A stretch of DNA of 64,000 nt, taken from the sequence record MW233709. One strand, written 5' to 3'. The notes under the pieces were generated by a model, which worked only from the letters and a program-made list of their open reading frames with translations, ran no database searches and had not been told where the DNA came from. The position numbers and the translations under genes were made by a program. Of the stretch, positions 34,509 to 45,204 are shown one piece after another. How positions within the stretch are numbered: position 1 is the first letter of the stretch; every line of letters starts with the position of its first letter. This stretch comes from Escherichia phage UPEC01.

Positions 34509-34682
34509 ATGAGACATTTCTTTACAATGGGTTACCTATTTGTTTTAGCCCTATTTGTTATTACAGGAGCCTTTATAGCCTTTGGTGCTCCATTTAATGA
34601 TAAAGTTGCTGTTACTATGTGCTTTAGTGGTGGGTATATCTGTTTTGAACGCTTATGCAAAATGTGTGGTATATATGAGTAA
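34509..34682 (+). CDS. small membrane protein (57 aa)
   Basis: ATG 34509 ([25 protein letters not shown]). Confidence 0.35.
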   Translation: MRHFFTMGYLFVLALFVITGAFIAFGAPFNDKVAVTMCFSGGYICFERLCKMCGIYE

Positions 34683-34755
34683 TTTCCATAACGAACATGT
34701 GATGCAATGGCATCGTCATAATCTGAAATTAACCGGCGTCTTCGGACGTCCTTGA
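34675..34755 (+). CDS. stp: Stp-like 26-aa peptide
   Basis: [26 protein letters not shown]; matches my recollection of T4 Stp (26 aa) in sequence, length and position next to ac/52. Confidence 0.55.
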   Translation: MSNFHNEHVMQWHRHNLKLTGVFGRP

Positions 34756-34762
34756 GGAAAAT

Positions 34763-34918
34763 ATGAATAAATTTGTTCATGGTGTAGCTTTTTTCTGCTG
34801 GTCATTTTTATTTGTTGGAACATTAATAACTGGTGAAACTTCAGTATTTCTGCAGTCAACAGCTCAAGGTGTATTAGCAGTTTTATCACTATTTAAATTA
34901 TTGGATAAAAATGATTAA
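34763..34918 (+). CDS. small membrane protein (51 aa; ac-like by size/position)
   Basis: GAGGAAAA RBS; hydrophobic. Confidence 0.4.
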   Translation: MNKFVHGVAFFCWSFLFVGTLITGETSVFLQSTAQGVLAVLSLFKLLDKND

Positions 34919-35051
34919 GAAAATCCTGGGCTACTCGTTAGCCCTTGCTGCCTTATTGGTGGCGCTGTATTACGGAGTTGTGTTTGCGTTAGTGCAGGTT
35001 GTGCTTTTTATTTCTGATGCTATAATGGCGGTACATTCGTTAATCTGGTAA
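34911..35051 (+). CDS. small membrane protein (46 aa)
   Basis: overlapping ORF, hydrophobic. Confidence 0.3.
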   Translation: MIKKILGYSLALAALLVALYYGVVFALVQVVLFISDAIMAVHSLIW

Positions 35052-35059
35052 GGTGATAT

Positions 35060-36439
35060 ATGTCTGACGTTTTAAGTATGATGTCCAAACAGTTCAGTGA
35101 TTCCATGGGGACCCTTAACCCCCGCAGTCTAAAAGACATTATTGATGTGGAAGCATTGTCATATGCTATCTACACTGTGGAAGGTCGCGCCATCCCAAAC
35201 ATGATTGATGGTTTTAAACCAGTTCACAGATTTGTTATGGCGAGAGCATTAGACCTGGCGCGTGGTGATAAGAATAAATTCCATAAGGTTGCCTCCATTG
35301 CAGGTGGCGTAGCTGATTATGGTTATCACCATGGCGAAGCATCAGCGGAAGAAGCAACTTCTGGTCTGGTCGCAACATATAAAAATGAATACCCCATGTT
35401 TGATGGGCAAGGCAACTTTGGTTCCAGAATGGTGCCAGAAGCATCATCAGCTCGTTATGTATTCGCACGGGTTTCAAAGAACTTTTATAACTTGTTTAAG
35501 GATACAGAATATGCTCCGGTCCATCCTGATGAAGAACATAAGCCTCCTGCTTTTTATCTTCCTGTTATTCCTACTGTATTACTTAACGCCACTTCTGGGA
35601 TTGCTGTTGGCTTCGCTACTGATATTCTTCCTCATTCGTTCCAGGACGTCAAGGAAGCTGTTAAAGCTATCGTGGAAGGTCGTGAGCCGGTTGCTCCGAA
35701 AGTAAAATATCCAGAATTCCGCGGTAAAGTGGTTGAGCTGGAAGAGCCTGGTAAGTATGAACTTCATGGCACATACAAAATGACCTCCAGGACCCAAATG
35801 GAAATTACTGAAATCCCGGTCCAATGGAACCTGGAAAAGTATACAAGTAAAATCCTGGACCCGCTGGAAGAGAAAGGTTTTATCACCTGGAAAGATAACT
35901 GCGGCGAGCATGGTTTTGGGTTTAAGATTAAATTCCGCAAAGAATACAAGTTGGATGGTACCGAAGAAGAAAATCATGAAAAAATCATGAAAGACTTTGG
36001 TCTGATTGAGAAGCTCTCCCAGAACTTAACAGTGCTTAATCACAAAGGCAAGCTGGCTGAATACACCAACACGCTTGACCTGATTCGCGATTTCGTTGAT
36101 GTCCGTAAGACTTATGTTCAAGTGCGAATTGACAGTAAGATTAAAGAAACTGAAGCAGCATTTAAACTGGCCCGGGCAAAAGTCTTCTTTATTAAAGAAG
36201 TGATTGACGGTAAGGTTGTTATCCAGGGGAAACCTCGTAAGAAGTTGATTGAGGAACTCCAGGCGAGTGAAATATATGGCGATTATGCAGAGAAGTTAGT
36301 GGCGATGAACATCTACCATATGACCTCTGATGAAGCCAAGAAGCTTGCAGACGAAGCAAAGGCTAAGAAAGCTGAGCATGAGTACTGGAAGACAACTGAT
36401 GTTAAAACTGAATACCTTAATGATTTGGAGGCTCTATGA
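35060..36439 (+). CDS. 52: DNA topoisomerase II medium subunit gp52 (GyrA-like)
   Basis: 459 aa; KPVHRFVMARALDL breakage-reunion region with catalytic Tyr context. Confidence 0.93.
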   Translation: MSDVLSMMSKQFSDSMGTLNPRSLKDIIDVEALSYAIYTVEGRAIPNMIDGFKPVHRFVMARALDLARGDKNKFHKVASIAGGVADYGYHHGEASAEEATSGLVATYKNEYPMFDGQGNFGSRMVPEASSARYVFARVSKNFYNLFKDTEYAPVHPDEEHKPPAFYLPVIPTVLLNATSGIAVGFATDILPHSFQDVKEAVKAIVEGREPVAPKVKYPEFRGKVVELEEPGKYELHGTYKMTSRTQMEITEIPVQWNLEKYTSKILDPLEEKGFITWKDNCGEHGFGFKIKFRKEYKLDGTEEENHEKIMKDFGLIEKLSQNLTVLNHKGKLAEYTNTLDLIRDFVDVRKTYVQVRIDSKIKETEAAFKLARAKVFFIKEVIDGKVVIQGKPRKKLIEELQASEIYGDYAEKLVAMNIYHMTSDEAKKLADEAKAKKAEHEYWKTTDVKTEYLNDLEAL

Positions 36440-36534
36440 GTTTTGGAGTTGAGTTTGCATTGCTTTGTATTTTCGCGGCAATCGCAGGTGTGATTGTTGG
36501 TATGTTTATTGGTAATAAGATAGATAAAGACTAG
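36436..36534 (+). CDS. small membrane protein (32 aa)
   Basis: ATGA-coupled to gp52 stop. Confidence 0.3.
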   Translation: MSFGVEFALLCIFAAIAGVIVGMFIGNKIDKD

Positions 36535-36555
36535 GACCCTTCGGGGTCCTTTTTT
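36533..36555 (+). terminator. intrinsic terminator hairpin
   Basis: aggacccttcggggtcctttttt. Confidence 0.65.
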
Positions 36556-36569
36556 ATTTTAAAAAAGTA

Positions 36570-36599
36570 GTGTACAAACCCCTTGTCTTAGGACATAAT
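36570..36599 (+). promoter_or_regulatory. early-type promoter
   Basis: AAAAAAGTAGTGTACAA-N16-CATAAT then GATTCCATACTGAGTTAC. Confidence 0.5.
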
Positions 36600-36648
36600 G
36601 ATTCCATACTGAGTTACACAATGAATCACAAAAACTTTGGAGAATAAA

Positions 36649-36864
36649 ATGTTTACTGCACAACAGAATGAAGGTCAAGAATACATCAACGCTAAATTCA
36701 AATCTAACAAAGAAGCTTGCTATTATTACTTTGACATGTTCAAACTGGCAAACTCTAAAGAAGAACGTAAACAAGCAATTGATGTGATTGTTTCTACTTC
36801 CCATATGAAACGTACTGTGGTACAATCATATGCATCAAATTATATGAAATCTATTAAGGGATAA
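36649..36864 (+). CDS. hypothetical protein (71 aa)
   Basis: ATG 36649 after GGAGAATAAAATG leader. Confidence 0.45.
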   Translation: MFTAQQNEGQEYINAKFKSNKEACYYYFDMFKLANSKEERKQAIDVIVSTSHMKRTVVQSYASNYMKSIKG

Positions 36865-36866
36865 TT

Positions 36867-37475
36867 GTGAACAAGTTAAATTATATCGTTAAATGCTCCC
36901 AGAATGCGCTGCATGAGACTGATGTCAATGCTTTGGTGTTTGTATACAAAAACAACTTCGTGAGTCCAGAGGTTGTTTTAGACCAGCAGAACACATCAAT
37001 TGATAGCGTACAGACATTGTTGAATAACAACTATGTTGAAGCTTCTGGTGATGGTTTGATGATTACAGAAAAGGGTGTTGACCTTATTCTGGATGCAGCT
37101 GAACTTTGGGCGAATGAAAATAATCCTGACCTTCTGGAAGTGAAGAAGACAAGAACAAAACGCGGTGTGACTGATGAAATGGAAGCGACTGCAGAATATA
37201 TCAAAGAGCAATTGTTGTCTATTGGTATTGACTTTAAGAGCATTTCAGAAGACCGCAGCAATCTGATTGTGAAGTTCAAGCGTATCAAGACATTAAAACA
37301 GATTGATGTTCGTCGTGATGGTCAGATTCGCGTACATGCGTATAATACTGAACAAAAGATAGTAAAACAGTTTACAGACGTGGGATTTAGCGTTAAAGTA
37401 GGTGGATTGAATACCTACATTGACAACGTTATGTCAACTGAAAACATTCAACATGTTATTAACATCTTAAAGTGA
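36867..37475 (+). CDS. motA: middle transcription activator MotA
   Basis: 202 aa (GTG start); SGDGLMITEKG and KQFTDVGFSVKV...ENIQHVINIL align with T4 MotA domains. Confidence 0.75.
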   Translation: MNKLNYIVKCSQNALHETDVNALVFVYKNNFVSPEVVLDQQNTSIDSVQTLLNNNYVEASGDGLMITEKGVDLILDAAELWANENNPDLLEVKKTRTKRGVTDEMEATAEYIKEQLLSIGIDFKSISEDRSNLIVKFKRIKTLKQIDVRRDGQIRVHAYNTEQKIVKQFTDVGFSVKVGGLNTYIDNVMSTENIQHVINILK

Positions 37476-37485
37476 GGAAATTGTT

Positions 37486-37662
37486 ATGAACATCTATCTG
37501 ATTAAGTACCTAAAAGATGGTAAAGAACGTGATTACCAAATCCCCGCAAAAAATGAATATGATGCGTGTGTTCGCCTTGGTCAGATTCATGGTGATGACC
37601 GTGAATATCGCAATGATGTTGAAATTGAAATCCAATCTGTAACTTTGAAAGTGAGAGGCTAA
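37486..37662 (+). CDS. hypothetical protein (58 aa)
   Basis: ORF with GAGGAAA RBS. Confidence 0.35.
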   Translation: MNIYLIKYLKDGKERDYQIPAKNEYDACVRLGQIHGDDREYRNDVEIEIQSVTLKVRG

Positions 37663-37664
37663 TC

Positions 37665-37997
37665 ATGAATAAGCTGAATATTGTTAATGAATTGCGCGCT
37701 TGTGTAGAACCTACTCAAGAGGGTTGGGATGTTTGGTATCATGGCGCTTACCTTGGAACTATTGTCAAGGTCAAAGCTGGTCAGTATCTTATCCATCGTC
37801 AGGATGATGCAGTAGCTCCGTTTGGTGCACGCAAGAACTTCATGGCAGCGATTGGTGCCTTTGTTCCAGCAGCATATGAAGTATATAAAGCTGACTATAA
37901 AGAATACCAGGAATCACAACCAGTTATTCGCTCAATTGGTGTTAATAAAGCTCAACAGAAAAGTCTGTGGCAACGTGTTAAAGGTTGGTTCAAATGA
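37665..37997 (+). CDS. hypothetical protein (110 aa)
   Basis: ORF. Confidence 0.45.
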   Translation: MNKLNIVNELRACVEPTQEGWDVWYHGAYLGTIVKVKAGQYLIHRQDDAVAPFGARKNFMAAIGAFVPAAYEVYKADYKEYQESQPVIRSIGVNKAQQKSLWQRVKGWFK

Positions 37998-38332
37998 TTC
38001 CTATGGAACTAAACTGGGATGGCGAAGGCCATTCCCTTAAATTGATTGAAGAGCAACGTAACGCTTGGGATGAGCGCTGTGCCTTGGTGAATGGTATTAA
38101 GGTAATTTATAACCTTCATCTCCAGATTGATAATGTTCCTCTTGAGTTTGGTATGCAGTTATCACGTTTTCTTGAGATTATTACTATAGAAAAAGTATCC
38201 ATAACTTCGTATGGTGTATGCCAAACAGTTGATATCAAATTGACTTCTTCTGACAAAGGCGAGTTGATTGGTATTGGTGATAAAATTCATGAATTCGTGA
38301 AATATAATGGTTATAAGGTGATTATCAAATGA
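37994..38332 (+). CDS. hypothetical protein (112 aa)
   Basis: ATGA-coupled start. Confidence 0.45.
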   Translation: MIPMELNWDGEGHSLKLIEEQRNAWDERCALVNGIKVIYNLHLQIDNVPLEFGMQLSRFLEIITIEKVSITSYGVCQTVDIKLTSSDKGELIGIGDKIHEFVKYNGYKVIIK

Positions 38333-38817
38333 ATCCATTAAAAGGTAAAGCATTATCCTTTAAAGAACGGATGACCTTGTTAGATAAAGCTCTTTCTCGT
38401 GAGACTCCTGAAAGTCTCGCTGCTAAATTACAGGCATATGGTGATTACACTGAATATACCGAAGAAGACGTTCTGAAAGAAGTCCCAGAAATCTGTTGGC
38501 AGATTGCACATTGGAATAACAATGAAAAATATCAGCGACGGATTGTATGTGCAGCTAACCGCTTTAAGCTAAAAGATGGTGGGACTCTGGTTATTCCTGG
38601 AGCCAGACATTATTCAAAAGATATGGCAGAAGTGCTTGACCAGGTAAGTGATAAACTTGTGTCAGACCATGTTTGTGGTGATAATCAAGGATTTATTGAC
38701 CAATACAGCAATTACTGGACCCGCGAAGAAGCAATGATTATTGCGACTTATGCAAATCAGGTGCGCATTGAACGTGGCGGTAGTGAGAAAGAACTTTATT
38801 CAGAGGACCTTTACTAA
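38329..38817 (+). CDS. hypothetical protein (162 aa)
   Basis: ATGA-coupled ORF. Confidence 0.5.
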   Translation: MNPLKGKALSFKERMTLLDKALSRETPESLAAKLQAYGDYTEYTEEDVLKEVPEICWQIAHWNNNEKYQRRIVCAANRFKLKDGGTLVIPGARHYSKDMAEVLDQVSDKLVSDHVCGDNQGFIDQYSNYWTREEAMIIATYANQVRIERGGSEKELYSEDLY

Positions 38818-39095
38818 TGAATCTTAAGCAACTCCAGATTGATGCAATCGAAAACCATATTAATCATATCAAACGTCTGAACACCATGATGGAAGACAAT
38901 TGGGGAACTTATGTCAACCAACCCGGTTGGGATGCTTTAGACCATGAATATATAAAGGATATTAGTGATAACACATATAGAGTTAGAGAAGGCCTGAAAC
39001 CCTTCCTGCGTGATATGTATATTGCAACAAATAAAGCAATTATTAACTATCTTGAATACCAATTAAGGGAATTGCATGAACAATCTTGTAGCTAA
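38817..39095 (+). CDS. hypothetical protein (92 aa; arn-position candidate)
   Basis: Same length as T4 Arn and located between motA and asiA; only mildly acidic, unverified. Confidence 0.4.
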   Translation: MNLKQLQIDAIENHINHIKRLNTMMEDNWGTYVNQPGWDALDHEYIKDISDNTYRVREGLKPFLRDMYIATNKAIINYLEYQLRELHEQSCS

Positions 39096-39184
39096 ACACG
39101 ATTTCAATAAGGCGTCTGTCCATAAGGACAAGAAGAAAACAGAAATGCAGTCCAAACGTAAGCAGAAGCACAAGGGGAATCACT

Positions 39185-39349
39185 ATGAGTCATAATTTAG
39201 AGAACGCCATCACTGGTCAGCGTATACGCGAGCAAGAGTGCTTTGATGAATTCCTTGGGGCTGATTTTAAGTTCCAGGAACCAATTGAAGATATGTATCA
39301 GACATATGCTGCACAGATGGAAAATCATGTGTACAACCCAGAGGAATAA
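39185..39349 (+). CDS. hypothetical protein (54 aa)
   Basis: small ORF. Confidence 0.3.
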   Translation: MSHNLENAITGQRIREQECFDEFLGADFKFQEPIEDMYQTYAAQMENHVYNPEE

Positions 39350-39407
39350 TAGTACAATATCCTTACTGAATAATTGAATGTCTTATTGAATACTTGAGTA
39401 AATTAAA

Positions 39408-39683
39408 ATGACTAAATTTGAAATCGTTTCTGAAATTGTTACTGTAACTTCAATTTTGATTAAAACCGACCGGGAAGATATTACGATGAAGCGTGATGTG
39501 TTTATCGCGTTTTTGAATGAGTTGGGATTGAGGAATGAGAATGGGAATGAGTTAAACAACGTATCGTTTAACAAGTTGTTTAAAAGTTTATCTGAAGATG
39601 AAATTGAACAAATCATTGAACAATTTAACGAAGGATTCGAAGATATACATCGTTATCTTATGATGTATACCTCCGGATTCTAA
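39408..39683 (+). CDS. asiA: anti-sigma70 factor AsiA
   Basis: 91 aa; VTSILIKTDREDI...FIAFLNELG...FNEGFEDIHRYLMMYT aligns with T4 AsiA. Confidence 0.85.
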   Translation: MTKFEIVSEIVTVTSILIKTDREDITMKRDVFIAFLNELGLRNENGNELNNVSFNKLFKSLSEDEIEQIIEQFNEGFEDIHRYLMMYTSGF

Positions 39684-40333
39684 CGTGTACGTCCGAGCGT
39701 ACGACCTGCTTGTCCACACATAGCAGAAAGCCTATCAAAACCAAGGTTAGGTTTTTGCTTATACCAGTACAGTGAGACTGTACCTGCATAAACGTTCTCT
39801 AGATTAAAGAATGGGCAGCTGAACATATATTCGAAGCTGCTTTTTTTCTTTGTTGGTAAGAATACAGATTCCGTACCGGATTCAAAATAATTACCATTAA
39901 CCCCTGCCAAATATTCCGCTGAAGTCTTATCTATTGGAAACCCACCCAAATTTTTCTCGTCGACTGATTCAGGTAATATCCCCTCGTACCCCACCATATC
40001 CACGAAGTAGTTAAGGTTAGTTGGTCTAAAAGAATATATCGCTGTAAAGTCAGCTCCGCTTGATGAGTGAACTATCTGGATTTGCTCGATAGCTGCAATT
40101 TTAAATCTGTTATCCTGGTCTTGCCTTATCATTTCTGTGTACGAGGCATATGAAGCATCCCTATACGCATCTAAAATTGCATCACCTTTATACCAGATTA
40201 CCGCCATTAAAAATAATAGAACAATAACTAGTACCCGGGAAAAGACAACTTTCCCGGTCGCATTATCTTTAAAAATTCTATCAAGAAGTCCAAAAAGTAG
40301 GTCGGGGATTGAGATTCCTACTTTTGGTTCCAT
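39680..40333 (-). CDS. t: holin T
   Basis: 217 aa; LLFGLLDRIFKDNATGKV, single N-terminal TM, C-terminal ...CGQAGRTLGR as T4 holin. Confidence 0.9.
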   Translation of the reverse strand: MEPKVGISIPDLLFGLLDRIFKDNATGKVVFSRVLVIVLLFLMAVIWYKGDAILDAYRDASYASYTEMIRQDQDNRFKIAAIEQIQIVHSSSGADFTAIYSFRPTNLNYFVDMVGYEGILPESVDEKNLGGFPIDKTSAEYLAGVNGNYFESGTESVFLPTKKKSSFEYMFSCPFFNLENVYAGTVSLYWYKQKPNLGFDRLSAMCGQAGRTLGRTR

Positions 40334-40351
40334 ACTTTTCTCCTTTAAAGA

Positions 40352-40359
40352 TATTTATA
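40352..40359 (-). promoter_or_regulatory. late promoter TATAAATA (minus strand) for t
   Basis: tatttata on + strand 20 nt upstream of t start. Confidence 0.5.
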
Positions 40360-40370
40360 GCGCAAAAGTA

Positions 40371-41144
40371 TTATAGCCAGGAGCCATAGATAGTGCCTGT
40401 AGCACCCCATGTCGGTGAACTTCCGAATACTGCTCTACCAGGAGCACCACCCCCCGACCTGGATAAGTGATTGCCCCATCCGTCGCCACCAGCGCCACCT
40501 GCATCACCTCCATTACCACCGCCAAATTGACTTGTATTACCACCACCACCTGGGCCGTCATAACTAGCATTACCGCCAGGCCAATTAACGCCACCGCCGC
40601 CGAGACCAAATGGTCGACCGCCTCCCCCACCTGCGGTAGAATTTGCAGGCCAACTATTCTGTAATGATACGGCACCGCCGCCGCCACCACCAGAGGCTAT
40701 CACACCATAATTCCAAATGCGAAGTCGTCCACCAATATCATTTTGGATTACGTCGCCACCATTAGTGCCTGGGCTTCCATTTACGCTACCATTACCACCA
40801 CGGCCCCACATATGAACGCCACCATGAATATTCAAAGTAACATATTCGTTAGGGGTATCACCGTACATAAAGAACAACGGAACATCTTTAGTATATGATA
40901 CTAAGTTGCCTGTGATATTAAACACTATAGGAGCACCGCCGGCTTCAAAACAACGGTCACGGAACCATTGACCATTAAAGTTATGGTCAGCTCCAAGAGT
41001 GTGAATTACTTCAACAGAACGGCCGTTCATATTGCTCATCCAAAACGGAATGCTCATTCTTAATCGTTGGGCCGCTCCACCCATCCAATTTTGTCCTGTA
41101 TTAGCTACTGCAGACCCTCCAACCCACGGTCCTACTACTGCCAT
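40371..41144 (-). CDS. 38: gp38 tail-fibre adhesin, T2-type with glycine-rich motifs
   Basis: 257 aa from MAVVGPW; conserved N-terminus ([22 protein letters not shown]) plus multiple poly-Gly motifs separated by variable segments. Confidence 0.85.
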   Translation of the reverse strand: MAVVGPWVGGSAVANTGQNWMGGAAQRLRMSIPFWMSNMNGRSVEVIHTLGADHNFNGQWFRDRCFEAGGAPIVFNITGNLVSYTKDVPLFFMYGDTPNEYVTLNIHGGVHMWGRGGNGSVNGSPGTNGGDVIQNDIGGRLRIWNYGVIASGGGGGGAVSLQNSWPANSTAGGGGGRPFGLGGGGVNWPGGNASYDGPGGGGNTSQFGGGNGGDAGGAGGDGWGNHLSRSGGGAPGRAVFGSSPTWGATGTIYGSWL

Positions 41145-41175
41145 ATAAACCTCCAAGGGGCCGAAGCCCCTCTTA

Positions 41176-44100
41176 TTATTTCAACAATGATTTAACTAAT
41201 TTTTTAAGCTCTTCAATCTCTGATTTAAGTTCTGCAATTTCTGCAGTATGCTCGTTGATTGCAGCTGTATTTAAACCAATTACACCGTTATAGTTCAAAC
41301 GAAGTAAAGCTTCACCATCCAGGTCGCCTTCAACTAATTCTGGTAAAATAGCTTGAACTTCTTGAGCTATCAAACCAGCGTTAGGTTCCCATTTCTGATT
41401 ACCTTCTTCATCTGTTCCACGTTTCTGCATATAAGTGTAACCGTTAATTTTAGAAAGCTTCTCAGAAGCATTTTCAAATTTAACGAGGTTCTTTTTAACA
41501 CGAATATCAGAGCGGACATAAACATCACGGACATACGTTGAATAGCTGTCATTCGCCTGAACTAAATGACCATGAGAAACGATAGCTCTTCCGGTTTCTG
41601 TCCAAAAAGCACCAGTTGAATCCCAAAGTCCAGGATGAGATTGATAGCCTGCGCCCCAGCTTGCAATATGTATACTATTGGCAACCATGTTAATTCGACC
41701 ATCACCACCGTGTGATAAGCCTGTATCGTTGTCACCGATGGCGATACTCGGAGTGCCAAGTCCGTTAACAGTACCAACACCGATTGCAGGAGTTTGAATC
41801 AAAGTAGGGCTATAGAATAGTCCAGACGAATGGAATTCAAAAATACCTACAGGCCCATCGCCGCGCTCGGCATTACCTACTCGAATTATAGCTTGTCCCC
41901 AGGCTTGTGGTGTACGTCTAATACCAAGGTCAACAGAAGTAGTATATCCTTGACCAGTAATTACAGAACGGCCTTTAATAATAGGATAATAACTATCTTC
42001 GCCAACGCTACCAAAATCAAGGAAATAAGGTGCTTCTAAGCCCCATTGGTCGCCCCACGCACCAGATTTACGCGCAACCCAGTGAGCACCGTTCATATGA
42101 ATTCGGTCACGGTTTATATTGAATATACTAGTGCCCTGTGGAGATAGAATAACTTCACCGTTAGGGTTGATATTAATACCGCCTTGAGATTGGAAACTCC
42201 AGAAGGCAAGTCCGTTATCAGCACCGCCATTACCGACATACCAGTTATCAGCACCACCTTTTTTACCCTTAACATAGCCCGCTTCATCTGCTGGATAATC
42301 AATAACAACAGCATCCGAGTTGGTTTTAAGAGTTAAACGTCCGGTCATCGTGTCGCCTTCTTTTGAAACACGAGTAGCTATTGCATCGCGAATATTTGTA
42401 GTGTCTCCTGCTGAAGTGAACGTTTTCCAGATATCAGAGAAGATGTTACCATTTTTAGCAATAGTAGCTTCACCACCACCAACCTGAACATTATCGGGGA
42501 AGTTAACTGTACCATCAGCATTAAATCTTGAGGTATGGGCTTGTGTTCCATCTTCTTTAAGATGATGAATAACGAATGTACCTGAATTAATTTCAGTACC
42601 TAAAGACCAAACAGCTTTACCGTTTAAAAACTTCTGTTTGACAATCGGATAATATTTACTTACAGCGTCATCATCAATTTCTTGGAAAATAGGAGCAGCC
42701 TGGCCGTATTGAATATCATATCCACCTGCGCCTGCGCCGTGTCCACCAAATTTAATAAAACCATTTTCAGCAAAAGTTGTATGGCTCAAATCTAGGTCCG
42801 GAATAACCACCTTACCAGTATCTAAAGCCAAACTAAACGGGCGAAGTGGACCGATGTCCCCGGTTTTACCCTCACCAAAGGCTGTTGGAATAATATGAAG
42901 ACTTCCTTCTGAACGACGGAAAATAGCGGCGTAATCGTCGTTCCAAATTCTAAGAGCATTGACCGCATTACCAGCAATAGTGCCGGAGACGTTAACTTCC
43001 TGACCGACATTTATACTTTCGTTTACGCCCAAAGTTCCATTTAAATGGCTTTGAATAGAACCTGAAGTCAGACGTTGATAATATTGAATCCAGCTAGTGT
43101 CATCAGATATTTCCATTACGTTTTTACGGTCGCCATCAACATTAGCAAAGGTATTACCCCAAACGCTGATAGTCATATTATCAACTGAACTATTTCCTGT
43201 AGTATTTCCTTTGAACAACAGAGTAGATGCATTGTTGCGGCCGTCGATATTAACCGAACCGCCGATAACATTAATATCACCTGGAGTAACTAACAATCCG
43301 CCAGCGGTGTTAACGTTTGTAGTGCCTTTACCACGGAAATAGTGGTGGTAATTACCGCCTTGGTAATAACCCAAAAGAGTTTGACCATCACCGTATGCGT
43401 TATTATCATGGTAAGTAACTACAGTTGCCAGAGCATAGTTTTCAGCCGGAGGAGTAGTCAAATCAGTACCATTTACAGAATAACCCATAACCATTTTTCT
43501 AAGACTAGTAGTTTCCGCCGGACCGGAAAGGAAAGTTTTTGTACCGTTGTTTACCGTAAAAAAATATCCATCTTGATGCCATTTAAATCCGGTGTCATTA
43601 TCACCGAGGGCAATTGAAGCTGTTCCTAATTCAGAATATCCTTTGGGGCCGCCTGGGGTGCCTATAGAAATGGAATGGCCCGCTTTCAATCCACCAGACC
43701 ATGTAAACGACCATAGATAGGCCTCTAACCCGTCGCCAGCGTACCAAGTTATTCCATCATTATCTTTAACTTCATGGAAAATACCAGCTCCTACCGCATT
43801 GCGCATCGAACGAAGATGGTTAATTGCTGTTTCGCTTTCGGTTAAAGGAGTGTTGTCAGCCATTGAATAGATATCATAATCACCATCTTTCTTAGCATTG
43901 GTAATAACTTTATCAGTCATAACTGTCGGCGATGAAATAGATTTCCAAGCATTAACTATAGGAGAGGTCAAAATACCATCACCGGAGAAAGAATAGCTGT
44001 GCTCACCGCCTGCTGCGTAATCTTGTACTCGAATATTAACTACCTGGGTTGTCAAACCGGCATTATTTGGAGAAAAGATAATCCCACGTTCACGGTCATT

Positions 44101-44478
44101 GCCATCAAAGAAACGAAGGTGCGAAGTAGAAGCGCTCTTAGAAATCAGTTCGCCACCTTCAGTCATTATCTGACCTGCTGCAATAATATCACGAGTTACA
44201 CGAGCAATTCCAGTTAAATTAAAATTACCTGTCTGGGTAAATGTGCCATTGATGGTATAATCACCGGTTTGATTATAATTGCCTTTATGAATAACGTTAC
44301 CATCGATATTGCCACCCTTAGCAAAACCAAGGTCAATAATAGCTCCGGTATCATCCTTTGTGAATAACAAGCGGTCTTTCAAGTTAATTGCGAGTTCACC
44401 TTCAGCCAATACAGTTGGGGTTGGGCGGACACCAGCAATTTTACTTCTTTTAAATTGTATTTGTTTTAAAGTAGCCAT
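41176..44478 (-). CDS. 37: long tail fibre distal subunit gp37
   Basis: 1100 aa; N-terminal [14 protein letters not shown]-terminal intramolecular-chaperone-like domain ending in coiled coil. Confidence 0.9.
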   Translation of the reverse strand: MATLKQIQFKRSKIAGVRPTPTVLAEGELAINLKDRLLFTKDDTGAIIDLGFAKGGNIDGNVIHKGNYNQTGDYTINGTFTQTGNFNLTGIARVTRDIIAAGQIMTEGGELISKSASTSHLRFFDGNDRERGIIFSPNNAGLTTQVVNIRVQDYAAGGEHSYSFSGDGILTSPIVNAWKSISSPTVMTDKVITNAKKDGDYDIYSMADNTPLTESETAINHLRSMRNAVGAGIFHEVKDNDGITWYAGDGLEAYLWSFTWSGGLKAGHSISIGTPGGPKGYSELGTASIALGDNDTGFKWHQDGYFFTVNNGTKTFLSGPAETTSLRKMVMGYSVNGTDLTTPPAENYALATVVTYHDNNAYGDGQTLLGYYQGGNYHHYFRGKGTTNVNTAGGLLVTPGDINVIGGSVNIDGRNNASTLLFKGNTTGNSSVDNMTISVWGNTFANVDGDRKNVMEISDDTSWIQYYQRLTSGSIQSHLNGTLGVNESINVGQEVNVSGTIAGNAVNALRIWNDDYAAIFRRSEGSLHIIPTAFGEGKTGDIGPLRPFSLALDTGKVVIPDLDLSHTTFAENGFIKFGGHGAGAGGYDIQYGQAAPIFQEIDDDAVSKYYPIVKQKFLNGKAVWSLGTEINSGTFVIHHLKEDGTQAHTSRFNADGTVNFPDNVQVGGGEATIAKNGNIFSDIWKTFTSAGDTTNIRDAIATRVSKEGDTMTGRLTLKTNSDAVVIDYPADEAGYVKGKKGGADNWYVGNGGADNGLAFWSFQSQGGININPNGEVILSPQGTSIFNINRDRIHMNGAHWVARKSGAWGDQWGLEAPYFLDFGSVGEDSYYPIIKGRSVITGQGYTTSVDLGIRRTPQAWGQAIIRVGNAERGDGPVGIFEFHSSGLFYSPTLIQTPAIGVGTVNGLGTPSIAIGDNDTGLSHGGDGRINMVANSIHIASWGAGYQSHPGLWDSTGAFWTETGRAIVSHGHLVQANDSYSTYVRDVYVRSDIRVKKNLVKFENASEKLSKINGYTYMQKRGTDEEGNQKWEPNAGLIAQEVQAILPELVEGDLDGEALLRLNYNGVIGLNTAAINEHTAEIAELKSEIEELKKLVKSLLK

Positions 44479-44486
44479 AATGCCTC

Positions 44487-45134
44487 TTAATAATATCCAA
44501 AGTCTTGTACGGAGTCTTTAAGAACGATTTGGTCAAAACGAGGCACGTGAGCCGGGTCTGATGCAGGGTTCCTAGAGAAAAAATTGGGCGCTGACAAGTT
44601 TCCTGTCATTGATTGTAATGTACTATTATTTAGTTCCACCTGTTGCTGGTTAGTTACGTTTCCTAAACCAACTTGAGCTTTCGACGGAGTGTTCCCTGGA
44701 GAAAATACACGACCCGAATCATCATAAACTTGACGAGCCAGCGTATCACCCATAACCGTGAATCTTTTGGCTCCGGTTGTAGTATCAGGGTCAAAAATAA
44801 TAAATGGCGTGCCTGTTTCGGTTTCGAAACCAAACGGACCTTTTATACGGAATGAAGCCGTAAATGGTGCACCACCAGTTCTTGCTCCCAACTTAATCCC
44901 ATAACCATTTGTATCGTTAAAGGTCAGACCTTGTTCGAAATATACGTTTGCTTTATAATTACCACCAAGAGCCTTTGAAACGAAATCGTTATCTACTGCC
45001 TGCGGCTTATTATATTCGGAATAAATTTTATAAGTTTTGTAATATACATCATTACTAACTGGTGTTAAAGGGAAATTACCCTGATGCCAAAGGACTGAAC
45101 CTCCAGCGGTTGAACCTAATTTTAAATCAGCCAT
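44487..45134 (-). CDS. 36: long tail fibre distal connector gp36
   Basis: 215 aa; MADLK.GST.GGSV.WHQGNFPL ... NFFS.NPAS.P.HVPRFDQIV.KDSVQDFGYY. Confidence 0.9.
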   Translation of the reverse strand: MADLKLGSTAGGSVLWHQGNFPLTPVSNDVYYKTYKIYSEYNKPQAVDNDFVSKALGGNYKANVYFEQGLTFNDTNGYGIKLGARTGGAPFTASFRIKGPFGFETETGTPFIIFDPDTTTGAKRFTVMGDTLARQVYDDSGRVFSPGNTPSKAQVGLGNVTNQQQVELNNSTLQSMTGNLSAPNFFSRNPASDPAHVPRFDQIVLKDSVQDFGYY

Positions 45135-45170
45135 TTCAAATCCTCTTCGGTCAGCTTATTCATTATTCAA

Positions 45171-45178
45171 TATTTATA
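45171..45178 (-). promoter_or_regulatory. late promoter TATAAATA (minus strand) for gene 36
   Basis: tatttata on + strand; T4 has a late promoter before gene 36. Confidence 0.55.
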
Positions 45179-45181
45179 ACG

Positions 45182-45204
45182 AAAAAAGGACCCGAAGGTC
45201 CTTA
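45182..45204 (-). terminator. intrinsic terminator hairpin after gene 35 (minus strand)
   Basis: aaaaaaggacccgaaggtcctt on + strand = hairpin + U-run on minus transcript. Confidence 0.5.

Noticed and set aside
39076-39195. 39-aa ORF overlapping the end of ORF 38817 and the start of ORF 39185
   Set aside because: Very short, overlaps both neighbours and lacks a convincing RBS; not reported as a feature.
40355-40690. 111-aa minus-strand ORF overlapping gp38 in another frame
   Set aside because: Alternative frame of the glycine-rich adhesin region (GC-rich, stop-poor); gp38 frame has the conserved N-terminus.
40400-40700. Glycine-codon repeats in gp38 as a possible tandem repeat or CRISPR-like array
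   Set aside because: Irregular in length and spacing, all within one reading frame encoding the known glycine-rich motifs of the adhesin.
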